From positions 160,001 to 224,000 of the IMG/VR virus record IMGVR_UViG_3300023170_004399: a stretch of 64,000 nucleotides of DNA; one strand, written 5' to 3'. Shown piece after piece: positions 8,540 to 19,556 of the stretch. The stretch comes from a virus (lineage: Duplodnaviria; Caudoviricetes). Position numbers and translations under genes: made by a program. Position 1 is the stretch's first letter, and each line of letters starts with the position of its first letter. The notes beneath the pieces were generated by a model. It had not been told where the DNA came from and did not search any database. It was given only the letters and a program-made list of their open reading frames with translations.

Positions 8540-11500
8540 ATGCCGCCGCCACCGTCTGGAAATAATGATCAGGCACAATTAGATATACAGAATGCCATAT
8601 TAGCAGCTCTTCAAGCTCAAAACGAAGAGTTAAGGAAGATTGGTTCCGCTTTAGGACAAAATGCACAAACTTCTCAAAATATGGCAAATGCTGCTAATGC
8701 CGCCGCCAATGCAATGAATAATGCTGCTGGCGGTACATCTAATTTAACGCAAGCAGCAAATGATGCAGCCGATGCTGCTAATGGTGCAAAAATAAATTTC
8801 AATGATTTATCGCTTGAATTACAGGAAGCTGCCGATGAAGTTGAAAACTTAGAAAGCAAAACAAATAAATATTTGAAAACAGCTGCTGGCATGAATATGA
8901 TATACTCAATATTTAAAACTGCTGGCGGCATGATCGACGCAACTATATATGGTATTACTGCTAGTATAACCGGTTTTTTCGAGATTTTAAAAACTGGAAT
9001 GGGTGTAATAGATGGTGTAACACAGACATTTATTAACGCGGCAGCAGAATTAGATCAACTAGGTCAACAAATATTTGAGGCAAATGAAAACATCAGAGAA
9101 AGCTTTGGAGATCTTTCAAAGAACGAAGGTCTTGAAGTAAAAGAAATGTTTCATGAATTGAGAGAAAGTCAAGAAGTTTTAGGCAAATCTGGCAGATCTT
9201 TAATAAATACTATTGGTGAAATGCCAGCCCAGCTTGAATATGTAAATTCCTTAGCACAAGGATTAGGATCTTCTTTTCATAGTTTAACAGATTCTTTTAA
9301 AGGCAATGTTACTAGTATGATGGTGCTAGATAAAGGTGCCGGTTTAACTGCAGAGAATTTTAAATTTATGGCTCTATCAGCTGCAAAATCTGGCAAAGAC
9401 ATGTCAGAGTCTTTACAAGATGTAACTATATCATTAGCTGCTATGCAAAAAGATATGGGGATAAGTGCTAAGGTTGTTAAGGAAGCTTTAAGCGGGATGA
9501 TGAATGACACTAAAAACTTTGGTGATTTATCTGAGAAAGAATTAGTAGCAGTAGCTGGTTATACAACAAAGCTAGGTGCTGAAATGTCTGATCTGCAAGG
9601 TATAATGGCTCAGTTTGATACATTTGACTCTGCAGCAGAATCTGCGGGTAAATTATCTGAAGCATTTGGTATGAATGTTGATGTTATGAAAATGATGATG
9701 ACAGACAACCCTGCAGAAAGAATAGATGAATTACGTAGATCATTTGAAGCGGCGGGAAATTCTGTTGCAGACCTGGATAGACGTCAGTTAGATTATCTGG
9801 CAAATTCTACTGGTCAGAATATCGACAACATAAAGAAAATATTTAGTACTCCTTTAGATGAAATGAGTTTTGATGACTTCCAAAATAAATTAGAAGAAGC
9901 TACAAAGCCTATGACTATGGAAGAAGCCACAAATGAAATGGCTAAAAACATTAAAAAATTAACAAATGTATTTTTAACATTACAGAAAGGTTTAGGTGCA
10001 ATTGGTCAGTTTTTTCATGGTTTTACAACTATGATGGGATACATGCCGGAAGTAAGAAAAGTTATAAATTCTGTAAGAATGTTTTACAGAGTTTTCTTGA
10101 AGTCAGGTGCGAAATTTGCCGGATTAATAAATAAGGTTATTGCTCCGGGTGGTGCTTTATTTACAATGAGAAATTTGTTTGAAAGTATATTTGATGTCGG
10201 CCGTGCGCAAAAGTTTATGGATACTTTTCATGATTTATTTGAAGGCTTTTTCAATAATGTCATGATCGATCCTAGTTTAGCAATGAAAAGATTATTTCTT
10301 GGAATAATAGATGCTTTTAAAGAATTTACAGATGGTCAATTAAGTGCTAGCGGCGAGTTATTTAGCTATATGGAAAATATGCTTATAGGATTATTCCAGA
10401 TGATTGCTGATAATGCTGACAGTGTAATTGAAGAAGCTGCTACTAGTTTAAGTGGTATTCTAGAAGAAATATTTGACGGACTTAGTAATTCAGCAGCTAC
10501 TCATAATTCACTATTAGGTTCTATAGGTGCTGCTTTAACTAATGTTATTATGGCTTTGTATGAACACGTGTTCCCTGTAATGTTAGATTTATTTACTAGG
10601 ATATTTGATGCATTGTGGCCAATTTTACAACCATATCTTATGACAATGTTTGGAATATTTGTATTAAAGGTAATTGGAATAGTTTTAACAACAGCAATAA
10701 TGACTGGCGCTCTAAGCACAATGGTAAGTTTCTTTAAAGATTTAACTGGGGGCTTGTTTAAAAAATTAGGTCTTGGCGGCGGTGGTGATGGCGATGCCCC
10801 AGCAGAATCTAAAGGAATTTTAGAAAGTATTAAAGATGCCTTTACTAGTGTGCCTGATCTTTTAGAAACCCTGGTAGACGTAGGTGTATATATAAGGTCA
10901 ATGACTGCGAGAGATTGGATGAATTTAGGCGTAGGTATTATTGCATTAGCTGGATTATTTACTATAATAGGAACTGTGTTTTTAGCTGCTTTGGGTGTTG
11001 TAACTTTCATGGCTAAAAAAATGGTTGATTTTGGTGCAGCAATGAAAACAATGGCTTTACTTACAGCTGTTATGTTATTTAGCATACCAATGATTTTAGC
11101 ATCAGCTGCCCTAGGTGGTGTTATAATGGCAGCCGCAAATGCTACTGGTGGTATAGGAGCAGGAGTTATATTAGCCGCAATTGCTATTGGTGTACTAGTA
11201 ATAGCTGGTTTTTTAACCGGTTCTGCGTTAGCATTATTAGGCGCAATGGCAACTGTAGTAGCAGCTGCTGGTACTATAGACAAAGAAAAGGCAAAAGGTA
11301 TTTTTGATTTATTAAGCAGTTTTTTAAAGGGTATTGTTAGTCCATTTGCTACTATTATAGAAGCTTCTTCCGGAATTACTGGGTTACTTGCTGGATTGTT
11401 TGGTGTAAGCCCGATACAACAAGCAACCGGTTTTATACAAGATATTGTACAATTAATTATTGATAAAATTATTCCACAAATATTTACGCCATTGGCAAAA

Positions 11501-12514
11501 TTAACAATACCGGGAGGTGTTGATTTATTAAAAGCAAAAATAAGCGTAATTGCATCCGTAGCTGATCTGATAGCATCTTTAGGAAAAACATCTGCTTCTA
11601 TGGGGAAAGTTGCTGTGAGTGCTGGTCAAGGATATATATTTGACAACCCTAAAATAATGAAAGACATGATGGATAAAATGACAAAAGTTTTAAAAGTCAT
11701 AATACCGGGTGTCAAAAGTATAATATTTGAATTAAAAGATATGCTTAGTATAAAATTAGATGAAAATCAAACTAAGGCGATGCCCGCAATTGCACAAATC
11801 ATTGGAGCTGTTGCTAGTGTTACAGGCGCAGTAAGCAAACCACTGGGGATGCTGGGCAATTTAGACCCTTCAGTTTTCGAAAATCCTCAAAAAATTAAAC
11901 AGCTGTTTTCTGGAATAAGTGGTGTTTTAAAAAGTATGTTTGATGGTATGTCAAAAGAGTTACCAGGCTTAATAACAAAAATGGCAAACATGGTTGCTGG
12001 ATTAAAATTTCCAAAAGATGCTGACAAAAGCATGGCTGCTTTATCAAATATGATGGAAGCTGTGCACAAAATGATGATTGTTGCTAATGGTTTAAATCAA
12101 GAAGAAAAACTTCAAAATTTAAAAGATTTAGGTGGCAATTTAGATACAATAAGAACTAGCATAACTGATGTAACAAAATTTGCGCAAAAGGTAAAAGCTT
12201 CAGGTGATATAAAAACTATTCAAAGTGTAATAAAAGAAGTTGAATCTATAGAAACGTTACTAGAAAAATTGCCTGGGATAGATGCTGGTGCTGCTAAATT
12301 AAAACAAGTCGGAAATGCGTTGGCCTTTAATGGTGTAAAAACTGTGAAATTAGAAACAGCACCGCTACAGTTAAACTTAAAACTTAATGTTACAATGGAT
12401 GCTAAAGATGTTGCTGTTGGATTAATGGGTCCTGAACCTGATGGTTCGAAACCTTATTTTAAACCAAATGATGCATGGCGTGATTCACGTGGGCAACTAG
12501 AATTTATGGAGTAA
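8540..12514 (+). CDS. Tape measure protein (1324 aa)
   Basis: A/N/Q-rich helical N-terminus, AGKLSEAFG-type repeats, long hydrophobic A/G/L-rich stretch; position upstream of the baseplate genes. Confidence 0.8.
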   Translation: MPPPPSGNNDQAQLDIQNAILAALQAQNEELRKIGSALGQNAQTSQNMANAANAAANAMNNAAGGTSNLTQAANDAADAANGAKINFNDLSLELQEAADEVENLESKTNKYLKTAAGMNMIYSIFKTAGGMIDATIYGITASITGFFEILKTGMGVIDGVTQTFINAAAELDQLGQQIFEANENIRESFGDLSKNEGLEVKEMFHELRESQEVLGKSGRSLINTIGEMPAQLEYVNSLAQGLGSSFHSLTDSFKGNVTSMMVLDKGAGLTAENFKFMALSAAKSGKDMSESLQDVTISLAAMQKDMGISAKVVKEALSGMMNDTKNFGDLSEKELVAVAGYTTKLGAEMSDLQGIMAQFDTFDSAAESAGKLSEAFGMNVDVMKMMMTDNPAERIDELRRSFEAAGNSVADLDRRQLDYLANSTGQNIDNIKKIFSTPLDEMSFDDFQNKLEEATKPMTMEEATNEMAKNIKKLTNVFLTLQKGLGAIGQFFHGFTTMMGYMPEVRKVINSVRMFYRVFLKSGAKFAGLINKVIAPGGALFTMRNLFESIFDVGRAQKFMDTFHDLFEGFFNNVMIDPSLAMKRLFLGIIDAFKEFTDGQLSASGELFSYMENMLIGLFQMIADNADSVIEEAATSLSGILEEIFDGLSNSAATHNSLLGSIGAALTNVIMALYEHVFPVMLDLFTRIFDALWPILQPYLMTMFGIFVLKVIGIVLTTAIMTGALSTMVSFFKDLTGGLFKKLGLGGGGDGDAPAESKGILESIKDAFTSVPDLLETLVDVGVYIRSMTARDWMNLGVGIIALAGLFTIIGTVFLAALGVVTFMAKKMVDFGAAMKTMALLTAVMLFSIPMILASAALGGVIMAAANATGGIGAGVILAAIAIGVLVIAGFLTGSALALLGAMATVVAAAGTIDKEKAKGIFDLLSSFLKGIVSPFATIIEASSGITGLLAGLFGVSPIQQATGFIQDIVQLIIDKIIPQIFTPLAKLTIPGGVDLLKAKISVIASVADLIASLGKTSASMGKVAVSAGQGYIFDNPKIMKDMMDKMTKVLKVIIPGVKSIIFELKDMLSIKLDENQTKAMPAIAQIIGAVASVTGAVSKPLGMLGNLDPSVFENPQKIKQLFSGISGVLKSMFDGMSKELPGLITKMANMVAGLKFPKDADKSMAALSNMMEAVHKMMIVANGLNQEEKLQNLKDLGGNLDTIRTSITDVTKFAQKVKASGDIKTIQSVIKEVESIETLLEKLPGIDAGAAKLKQVGNALAFNGVKTVKLETAPLQLNLKLNVTMDAKDVAVGLMGPEPDGSKPYFKPNDAWRDSRGQLEFME

Positions 12515-12517
12515 AAT

Positions 12518-12763
12518 GTGAGTAATAAAATTAAAGACATGTTAATGGAAATAAAAATATTAAAAGATTTAATAGCAAAATTGCCAGAAGAAGAGAAAAA
12601 CTCAGTGCAAAGCGCAATTAATTCAATGACAGAACAGGCAATGCAGGAAGTAGAAGGTGTTTTAGCTAACATTGATGAAAATAGCTTGAACGAGTTTATC
12701 AATGAAGTTGGTAAAGTTAAATTTCAAGAAATAGTAAAAGGGAAAGAAGATGACGGGAAATAA
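12518..12763 (+). CDS. Hypothetical protein (81 aa)
   Basis: GTG start after GGAG. Confidence 0.65.
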   Translation: MSNKIKDMLMEIKILKDLIAKLPEEEKNSVQSAINSMTEQAMQEVEGVLANIDENSLNEFINEVGKVKFQEIVKGKEDDGK

Positions 12764-15700
12764 ACATGTCGGACACTTTATGCATCCCGATCAAACAGCA
12801 GAAGAAAAAGCAAAGTTTGACGACACGGATGTTAAACCTATACACAAGGCAACTATAGGTCAGTATTTAAAAGAGTTGTCAGAAAAAAATACGTATAAAG
12901 CATCTAGTCAAGATTTAGATGTTGAAAATGGTTATCCTGAAGCTTCGGAAAATAAATTTGAGGCACCTTCTCCGGATACTGTTAATGATACTTTTCTTGC
13001 TGAAATGAAAAGATTAGAATCAGATGCTGTAAGTTATTTTGAAAATTTATCAAATACTGCTACGTATGGAAAACATCCTGAAAACCGGTTTAACAGTTTG
13101 CAAAAAGGGGTGTATTCAAATGTTTCTGAAACAACAGGCAATGCTTATGATAATGTCAATAAAGGTGATTTAAGTAAAAACAATAATGCGTTATTAAGTC
13201 AAATTAGTAACAACCGTAGTGGGCAAACTAATTTAAATAATTTAAGCGGGTATGCACCCGGGCAGTTTAAAAACCGGTTTTCTGATTTAGACAATCTTGA
13301 TGACAAAGAAAGTTTAGTTAATATGACTGGTGGTTTAAATATAGCAGCTAGTTTAATGCTGGGCGCAACTGGAGATCGTGTAATAAAAAATGAACTGGAT
13401 CCAAACAGTGAAATAATTGCAGACTTTGAAGATGAAGCAATAAAAAATAATTTTAAGTTACCAATTAAAAATCTTTTTTTAGGTACTAGTGCTGATGCGC
13501 CTAACATACCCGCAGCGACTGCAAAAGTTGATTTGTCTAATTTAAAGCCAAAAGATGCAGCATCGTATTTTGAAAAAGAAAATATTAACTTTGTCAGTTA
13601 CACAAAAGACTCTTTTGGAAATTTAAATTCTTATTTTGAACCATTTGAAAATGATTTTAATCAGTCACTAGTTGGTCCTATGTTAAGAATTTCAATTATA
13701 TCTTTAATAGGTTGTGTTGTACAATCATTGAAAATTGCTTTGATATGTGAAGGTATATTAATAGCTAAAAATTTAACGTTAAAATTAGGTGGTATAAACC
13801 CAGATGATTTATACGTATCAAACTATTATGAACCTGGTATTAATTCATATGACAAAGGTGCAAGTAAATTAACTGGCGGAAAAATTGATTTATCATTAGA
13901 TAACTTAGAAGGTAACGGGTTTGGTGGAAAAATAGCCGATTTATTAAAAAAGATAGTTGCCAGTTTACCTGCTTTTATGTTAGATTATTTAAATATAAAA
14001 ATACCATACTATGTTATCAAAAATGCAAAATTGCAAAATAATAGAATTAAAGGTGCTGCTTTAACCTTAACAGCTTTTACACAGTCTGTAATTGTAGGCT
14101 TTATAAAATTTCTTATAGCTACAGTTAGAGATCTTGGAGGGAGCTCTGGTTTTTTTGCTGCAGTTTATAGAGGTGTTTTAAGATCAAACTTAGAGACGGC
14201 CAGAGATACTGGCTTCAATTTAAAACTATTGCCATATTTTAAAAAATTGAGAGATAGTAAGATTTTAGGTTTTTTAAGAATTATAAGTAGCATGGGCGAT
14301 ATTGCAGTGGCTGGTGGTTTTTATGGTAAAAATTTATTTTCTGAAAATTATGTAAAAGGCAACAATTTTTTACCATCTATTAGAGTTTCTCATATTAGAG
14401 ACAATTCTGGGAAAAATGTTTTGTCTAATTCATTATTGCCATCGATGTTACTATATAACCCTAGAGCTGATATGTTTCAAAGGGACAATATGGCAATGAT
14501 CGGTTTAACGACCAGGAAAGGTCAAACAGTTTCCGGCGAATTGCCAGTTTATATGGGAAACAATAAAAATAAACAAGGCACAGGTTATAGTGGGGTTACT
14601 GTCGAACATTATATTGACATCGAAGAAGTTAAGAATATTGAAAAAGCACTTGAAGCAGAATATATGCCTTTTTATTTTCATGATACAAGAACAAATGAAA
14701 TAGTAAGTTTTCATGCATTTTTAAACAGCTTGAGTGATAGCTACTCCGCAAATTATAATAGTCAAAAAGGTTTTGGTCGAATAGAAGGTACGCAAGTATA
14801 TAGCGACACAACAAGGTCTTTGTCATTTGATTTTACGGTTGTTGCATATTCTTCTTCTGACATGGATGAAATGTATGCTAAAATAAATAAGCTAACAACT
14901 TTAGTATATCCGCAATGGTCAAAAGGGACCACAGTTTTAACAGAAAATTTAGATGGTAAAGAAGGTGGAACAATATTTACACAGCCTTTTAGTCAAATAC
15001 CAACAGCTACTCCATTAGTCCGAGTGAGATTAGGAGACTTGATTAAAAATAATTATAGTAGAAAAGCTTTGGCTAAAATACATGGTGTAGAAGATGCAGC
15101 AAAACTTGAAATTACCCGCGGTGAAGAAAAACAAACAAAAATTCATCAAGAAAAACTAGTAAAATATTCTGAGTTTGTATCAGACAATGAATTATACGAT
15201 TTTATACAAAATGTCGGCAGCATAAATATTAATGAAGGCAGTGAAGAAGTAACTATGGAAGACTTCGAAGCAGTTGGGTATAAAACAAATTTAGATTCTT
15301 TACCAAAAGCCAATATAGTAATTAATAGTTTAGGTTTTGACCCAGTGCCAGATGTTGATACCTTTATCTGGTCTAAACCTGCAGTTTTTAATACATTTAC
15401 AACAGAATATGGAAATCAACCAGTAGTGCCTTTTGGATCTTGGAAACCAGATATAAATACACTGCGTTCACAATATCTGGCAGATCACTTTGGTAAACAC
15501 CTTAGAAAAAGTACGCGGATGAAATTGGTAGCAGCAAAAGTAGTTGATTGGGATACATGGTCTTTTGCGAATAAAAGTACAAAGGAAAACCCCACTTTCA
15601 GCATTGGTTTAATGTATACATTTGAGATATTAGGAGATGAAGATTACGCTCATCAATGGCATTACCCACAGGCCGGTTTAGGTGTCGCTGGTGTTGTCCC

Positions 15701-16319
15701 GCCTAAATATATTAGCATGTTATGTACTGGTTATGACAAGCTTTCAAAAAAACTGAGAGATAAACCTATAGGCTATTACATATCAAAGACAAAGAAAGAA
15801 CAAGAATTAATAGCAGTTAATACCACGCAGGAAGTTAATACAACAATTTCTTCTGCAGAGTTAGATGGTTTCAAAAAAATATTTAATGATCAAAACCCTA
15901 TTGTACGCTCTTTCGAAAGCACTATGTCAGAAGGTTTAGCTGGAGTAATTACATCGTTAACATTTGACTGGGGTATTAATACTGTGCCCTGGGATCTAGA
16001 AGCAGGGCAACGTGCTCCAACAATCTGTAAAGTAAGTTTATCGCTTAATCCTATTCACGACATTACGCCTGGTATTGATTACAATGGTGTTAACAGAGCG
16101 CCGATATATAAAGTTGGGGCTTCTTCAAATAGTTTGCATGGCGAATTTACAGAAACAAGTGATTATGGCAAAAGTTTAATTGACTCTGCAGAACGCGTAA
16201 GGAATTCTGCGTTGGATACTTTTGACGATACAAACGATTCTGATCAGCTTTTAGATGAATTAAATAAAAGTGACACTGAAACTATTTCATCAACCATTAG
16301 TAAAACTTCACCGATATAA
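12750..16319 (+). CDS. Large baseplate / tube-initiator-like protein (1189 aa)
   Basis: Tube-initiator-like segment (PFYFHD..FHAFLNSLSDSY..GR..YSDTTRSLSFDF..KINKLTTLVYPQ..PLVRVRLGD) split by a large insertion from LAGVITSLTFDW..PTICKV. Confidence 0.65.
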   Translation: MTGNKHVGHFMHPDQTAEEKAKFDDTDVKPIHKATIGQYLKELSEKNTYKASSQDLDVENGYPEASENKFEAPSPDTVNDTFLAEMKRLESDAVSYFENLSNTATYGKHPENRFNSLQKGVYSNVSETTGNAYDNVNKGDLSKNNNALLSQISNNRSGQTNLNNLSGYAPGQFKNRFSDLDNLDDKESLVNMTGGLNIAASLMLGATGDRVIKNELDPNSEIIADFEDEAIKNNFKLPIKNLFLGTSADAPNIPAATAKVDLSNLKPKDAASYFEKENINFVSYTKDSFGNLNSYFEPFENDFNQSLVGPMLRISIISLIGCVVQSLKIALICEGILIAKNLTLKLGGINPDDLYVSNYYEPGINSYDKGASKLTGGKIDLSLDNLEGNGFGGKIADLLKKIVASLPAFMLDYLNIKIPYYVIKNAKLQNNRIKGAALTLTAFTQSVIVGFIKFLIATVRDLGGSSGFFAAVYRGVLRSNLETARDTGFNLKLLPYFKKLRDSKILGFLRIISSMGDIAVAGGFYGKNLFSENYVKGNNFLPSIRVSHIRDNSGKNVLSNSLLPSMLLYNPRADMFQRDNMAMIGLTTRKGQTVSGELPVYMGNNKNKQGTGYSGVTVEHYIDIEEVKNIEKALEAEYMPFYFHDTRTNEIVSFHAFLNSLSDSYSANYNSQKGFGRIEGTQVYSDTTRSLSFDFTVVAYSSSDMDEMYAKINKLTTLVYPQWSKGTTVLTENLDGKEGGTIFTQPFSQIPTATPLVRVRLGDLIKNNYSRKALAKIHGVEDAAKLEITRGEEKQTKIHQEKLVKYSEFVSDNELYDFIQNVGSININEGSEEVTMEDFEAVGYKTNLDSLPKANIVINSLGFDPVPDVDTFIWSKPAVFNTFTTEYGNQPVVPFGSWKPDINTLRSQYLADHFGKHLRKSTRMKLVAAKVVDWDTWSFANKSTKENPTFSIGLMYTFEILGDEDYAHQWHYPQAGLGVAGVVPPKYISMLCTGYDKLSKKLRDKPIGYYISKTKKEQELIAVNTTQEVNTTISSAELDGFKKIFNDQNPIVRSFESTMSEGLAGVITSLTFDWGINTVPWDLEAGQRAPTICKVSLSLNPIHDITPGIDYNGVNRAPIYKVGASSNSLHGEFTETSDYGKSLIDSAERVRNSALDTFDDTNDSDQLLDELNKSDTETISSTISKTSPI

Positions 16320-16329
16320 GGAATTATAA

Positions 16330-16614
16330 ATGAGATATAGAAACAGTAGCTTAATTAAAGGCGGAAAAGCTTTGTCAACCAATCAAACAATACGCGTTGT
16401 TAGAGATTTAGTAAAAAAAGGCACAATACAAACAACTAGGTATATTTCTAAAGAAGGCGATAGGTTAGATGTAATTGCTGGCAGGGTATATGGAGATTCT
16501 AGCTATTGGTGGCTAATTGCAATATGTTCAAATATTGGGTGGTCTTTACAGATACCACCTAATACTATTATAGAATACCCATCAAACTTGCAAGATGTAT
16601 TGGTGTATGTATGA
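16330..16614 (+). CDS. LysM-like baseplate wedge protein (gp53 / tail X-like)
   Basis: EGDRLDVIAGRVYGDSSYWWLIA motif. Confidence 0.8.
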   Translation: MRYRNSSLIKGGKALSTNQTIRVVRDLVKKGTIQTTRYISKEGDRLDVIAGRVYGDSSYWWLIAICSNIGWSLQIPPNTIIEYPSNLQDVLVYV

Positions 16615-19505
16615 TAAATTATTTTCATGAAAAAAGAAACATGATAAAAGAGGCTTTAACAGAGTTAAGTCAAATTTTAAATGTAAAAACAGAAAATGAT
16701 TTGATAGCAAAATTAATAGGTGCTGAAGTCAATGGAAATATAGACTTAAACAATATTAATTTTTTACTAAATGACATCAAATTAGATGATTTAGTAAAAT
16801 ATATTTTAGACATGCAAAATGGCGGCACTTTTTTAAATGAATTTGAAGCAAATATTAAAAGTTTTATTTCAGGTGATGAAGGCGAATCTGATTTAACAAA
16901 AAAGATTAATGATAAAGAACAGAGGCTTTTTACAATAACACATGAATCTGAGCAAGAGAATTACAATTTTTTAAGTACTAGTAAAATATCTAAAATTATT
17001 GGCGATGGATCAAAATACAACCAACAAACCTCCAGTCCCACGAAACAAAATCCTTCTTTCGGTGTCGTACAGTTTCATAGTACAACTTTAAATTATGCAA
17101 ACCGCGGTGCAGGGTTTGCATCTGTTTTTTTATCTGCTGTACCTAGTACAGAAATATCAAAATGTGTGCCATTTTTTGATTTGCAAATCATATCATCTGC
17201 AAATACTATTTTAAAATCTGATCGCGGGCAATCAACACCAAATGGCTTAAGTTTAATAAAATATTTATCTAAAGACGTAAGAAATGATAGCGCATTAGAC
17301 ATGCAAAGAGCAAAAAGATTTACTACTTCAGCTGACTTAGGTGGCAAATTGAAAAGTGAAGAAGTAATTAATGTTGCCTACGCTGGTATGGAATTGTTCA
17401 CTGCTCCTCAAACTATGAATTATGTTGGCGAAAAATTTAGAGACACAAGTTTCCTAGATAAAAGTAGTGAAAGACGAAATATTTTAGATCCTAAAAGACC
17501 TTTTATGACAGTTAAAAGTTTTGACGTAAATGTAGTGCCTGCTAGTGGTATGTTAAGCAGCACATCTGCAACATTATCACTTACATTACACGATAGATCT
17601 AGATTGTCGGATATATCTGAGTTAGTTGTCCCAGGTACTTTAAACCAAGTTGAAATACTAATTGAATATGGGTGGTCTCACCCTAGGAAAGACACACCGT
17701 ACGGTAAGTTATTAAATGCGTGTCGAGTTGTTAATAAATTCAGGGTTTCTAGCACTTCCTATAATTTTACCCCAGCTGGAGAGATGGATATAACATTAAC
17801 CATGTTTTCTAAAGGTATTGATGATATTGCTTTTGGGTTAATTACTGATGACGGTGTTAAACATACAATGGATGAGCTAACAGTGTTGCTTAAAGAAATA
17901 AAAGCAATTAAAAAGAAATTAGTAAAAGTACCAAGCTACTCTCAAATTGCAGATTCACAGATATTGGGGAAGTTAAATAGCACAAATAATATTTTAACAT
18001 TAGATAACAAAGAAATAGAGGAAGTTAAAAAAATTATTGTAAAGCTTTCTAATGATTTAAAAGATCTTCAAAACACTGATGTGAAAAGTACTTTAAAAAA
18101 CATGACCACAAAATTAAATAAAGCATTAGATAATACTAGCGTGTTAAAAAAAGATTTAACAACAACAGTGAACAAACTACTGGCTGATATTAGAAAAGGC
18201 GATGATCCTTTTTTAAAAGATAAAACGTACAAAGGTGCACCTAAAAAGAAAACACACGTAAGTTTTGCAAAATTAGCTACTATATTTATGGCAAAAAATA
18301 TTGCAGCTAATAAAAACTTTGATGAAGTACAACTAGTTTTTTATCCTATGAATGAATATTCTGGTTATTGCAGAGATGATGATGTAGGTAGTTTCCCTAT
18401 CAACATAAGCAAATTCAAAAAATATTTCAGTGAAAGAATAAAAGAAAATTATACAATGTCTATAATCCAGTTTATAGGTTTTATGAACAGTATATTTTTT
18501 TCAAATTTAGCATCAGATGCATATGGTTTTGGCAGTATATATCAGCGTGATGAAAATGGGCAATCAAAAGTTAAATCAAATGCAAAGAAAAAAAATATTC
18601 TTGCTGAAAAAGAAAACGTATTAGTAGAAGCTTATGGTGGAAAAGGTTCCGCATTGAAATTTAAAAAACCAAGTATACAGCTGGTTATAGAAACTGTGCC
18701 TCATATTAATGACCCTAATAAATCCATATGCAGAATGCATTTTTTTGATGCATCTACAACTAGTTATTCTAGTTATTATGATGTTTATCAAGCTGCATTA
18801 GATTCTAATTACAGCACCTTTAATCGGGAAGCAATTGATAAAGAGCACACCCATATTAAAAAAGGAGGTAATAGTCAAGCAAGTGCAAGAGGTGACCATG
18901 GGAAAGTTTACGCTCAGTCTGCCAATGATATTTTTCAAAATCCTTTATTTAATAATTTTTTTAAAAGTAAACAAATAAAAGTAATAGAAAAAAATGAAGC
19001 TGGCCAGAATGTTGAAAAAAATCAAGAAGTTGTTTATATAAATGGTGGTCCTAACAAAATTAGATCTTTTTTTACATATACAATGCCTACTTTAAAATAT
19101 GGAACCGAAGCTTCAGGTATTATTAATGCAAATCTTTCAACTAGTACTGACCCAACATTGCAGGCAATACACATGAAAAAACAATTTCAAAAGAATGCGC
19201 ATTCTCCAGATGCAGATTCTGATGATGGTATGCCTTTAAAAACGCTAAGAACTAGTTTAGAATTAGAATGTTATGGTTGTCCATTTATCATATTTGGGCA
19301 ACAGTTTTTTGTTGATTTTCAAACAAATACGACTGCAGATGACGTATACGCAGTTAAAGGTTTTTCACATAAAATAGCTCCCGGGTCTTTTTCTACTAAT
19401 GTTCAACTAGTTCCTTTGCAACGTGAAGGTCAATTTGAAAGCATATTAAAATCAACACAGAAATTAATTAATGAAATAGATATAACTAATGAGTCTCTAG
19501 AATAA
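16611..19505 (+). CDS. Baseplate hub protein (gp27-like)
   Basis: IEYGWSHP, and C-terminal ELECYGCPFI..YAVKGFSHKIAPGSFSTNVQL hub-type motif. Confidence 0.6.
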   Translation: MINYFHEKRNMIKEALTELSQILNVKTENDLIAKLIGAEVNGNIDLNNINFLLNDIKLDDLVKYILDMQNGGTFLNEFEANIKSFISGDEGESDLTKKINDKEQRLFTITHESEQENYNFLSTSKISKIIGDGSKYNQQTSSPTKQNPSFGVVQFHSTTLNYANRGAGFASVFLSAVPSTEISKCVPFFDLQIISSANTILKSDRGQSTPNGLSLIKYLSKDVRNDSALDMQRAKRFTTSADLGGKLKSEEVINVAYAGMELFTAPQTMNYVGEKFRDTSFLDKSSERRNILDPKRPFMTVKSFDVNVVPASGMLSSTSATLSLTLHDRSRLSDISELVVPGTLNQVEILIEYGWSHPRKDTPYGKLLNACRVVNKFRVSSTSYNFTPAGEMDITLTMFSKGIDDIAFGLITDDGVKHTMDELTVLLKEIKAIKKKLVKVPSYSQIADSQILGKLNSTNNILTLDNKEIEEVKKIIVKLSNDLKDLQNTDVKSTLKNMTTKLNKALDNTSVLKKDLTTTVNKLLADIRKGDDPFLKDKTYKGAPKKKTHVSFAKLATIFMAKNIAANKNFDEVQLVFYPMNEYSGYCRDDDVGSFPINISKFKKYFSERIKENYTMSIIQFIGFMNSIFFSNLASDAYGFGSIYQRDENGQSKVKSNAKKKNILAEKENVLVEAYGGKGSALKFKKPSIQLVIETVPHINDPNKSICRMHFFDASTTSYSSYYDVYQAALDSNYSTFNREAIDKEHTHIKKGGNSQASARGDHGKVYAQSANDIFQNPLFNNFFKSKQIKVIEKNEAGQNVEKNQEVVYINGGPNKIRSFFTYTMPTLKYGTEASGIINANLSTSTDPTLQAIHMKKQFQKNAHSPDADSDDGMPLKTLRTSLELECYGCPFIIFGQQFFVDFQTNTTADDVYAVKGFSHKIAPGSFSTNVQLVPLQREGQFESILKSTQKLINEIDITNESLE

Positions 19506-19514
19506 AAAGATTAT

Positions 19515-19542
19515 TTGTAAATTGTTTTTTTACGTATATAAT
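19515..19542 (+). promoter_or_regulatory. Sigma70-type promoter
   Basis: TTGTAA-16 nt-TATAAT. Confidence 0.65.
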
Positions 19543-19556
19543 TTGCTGAGGTGATT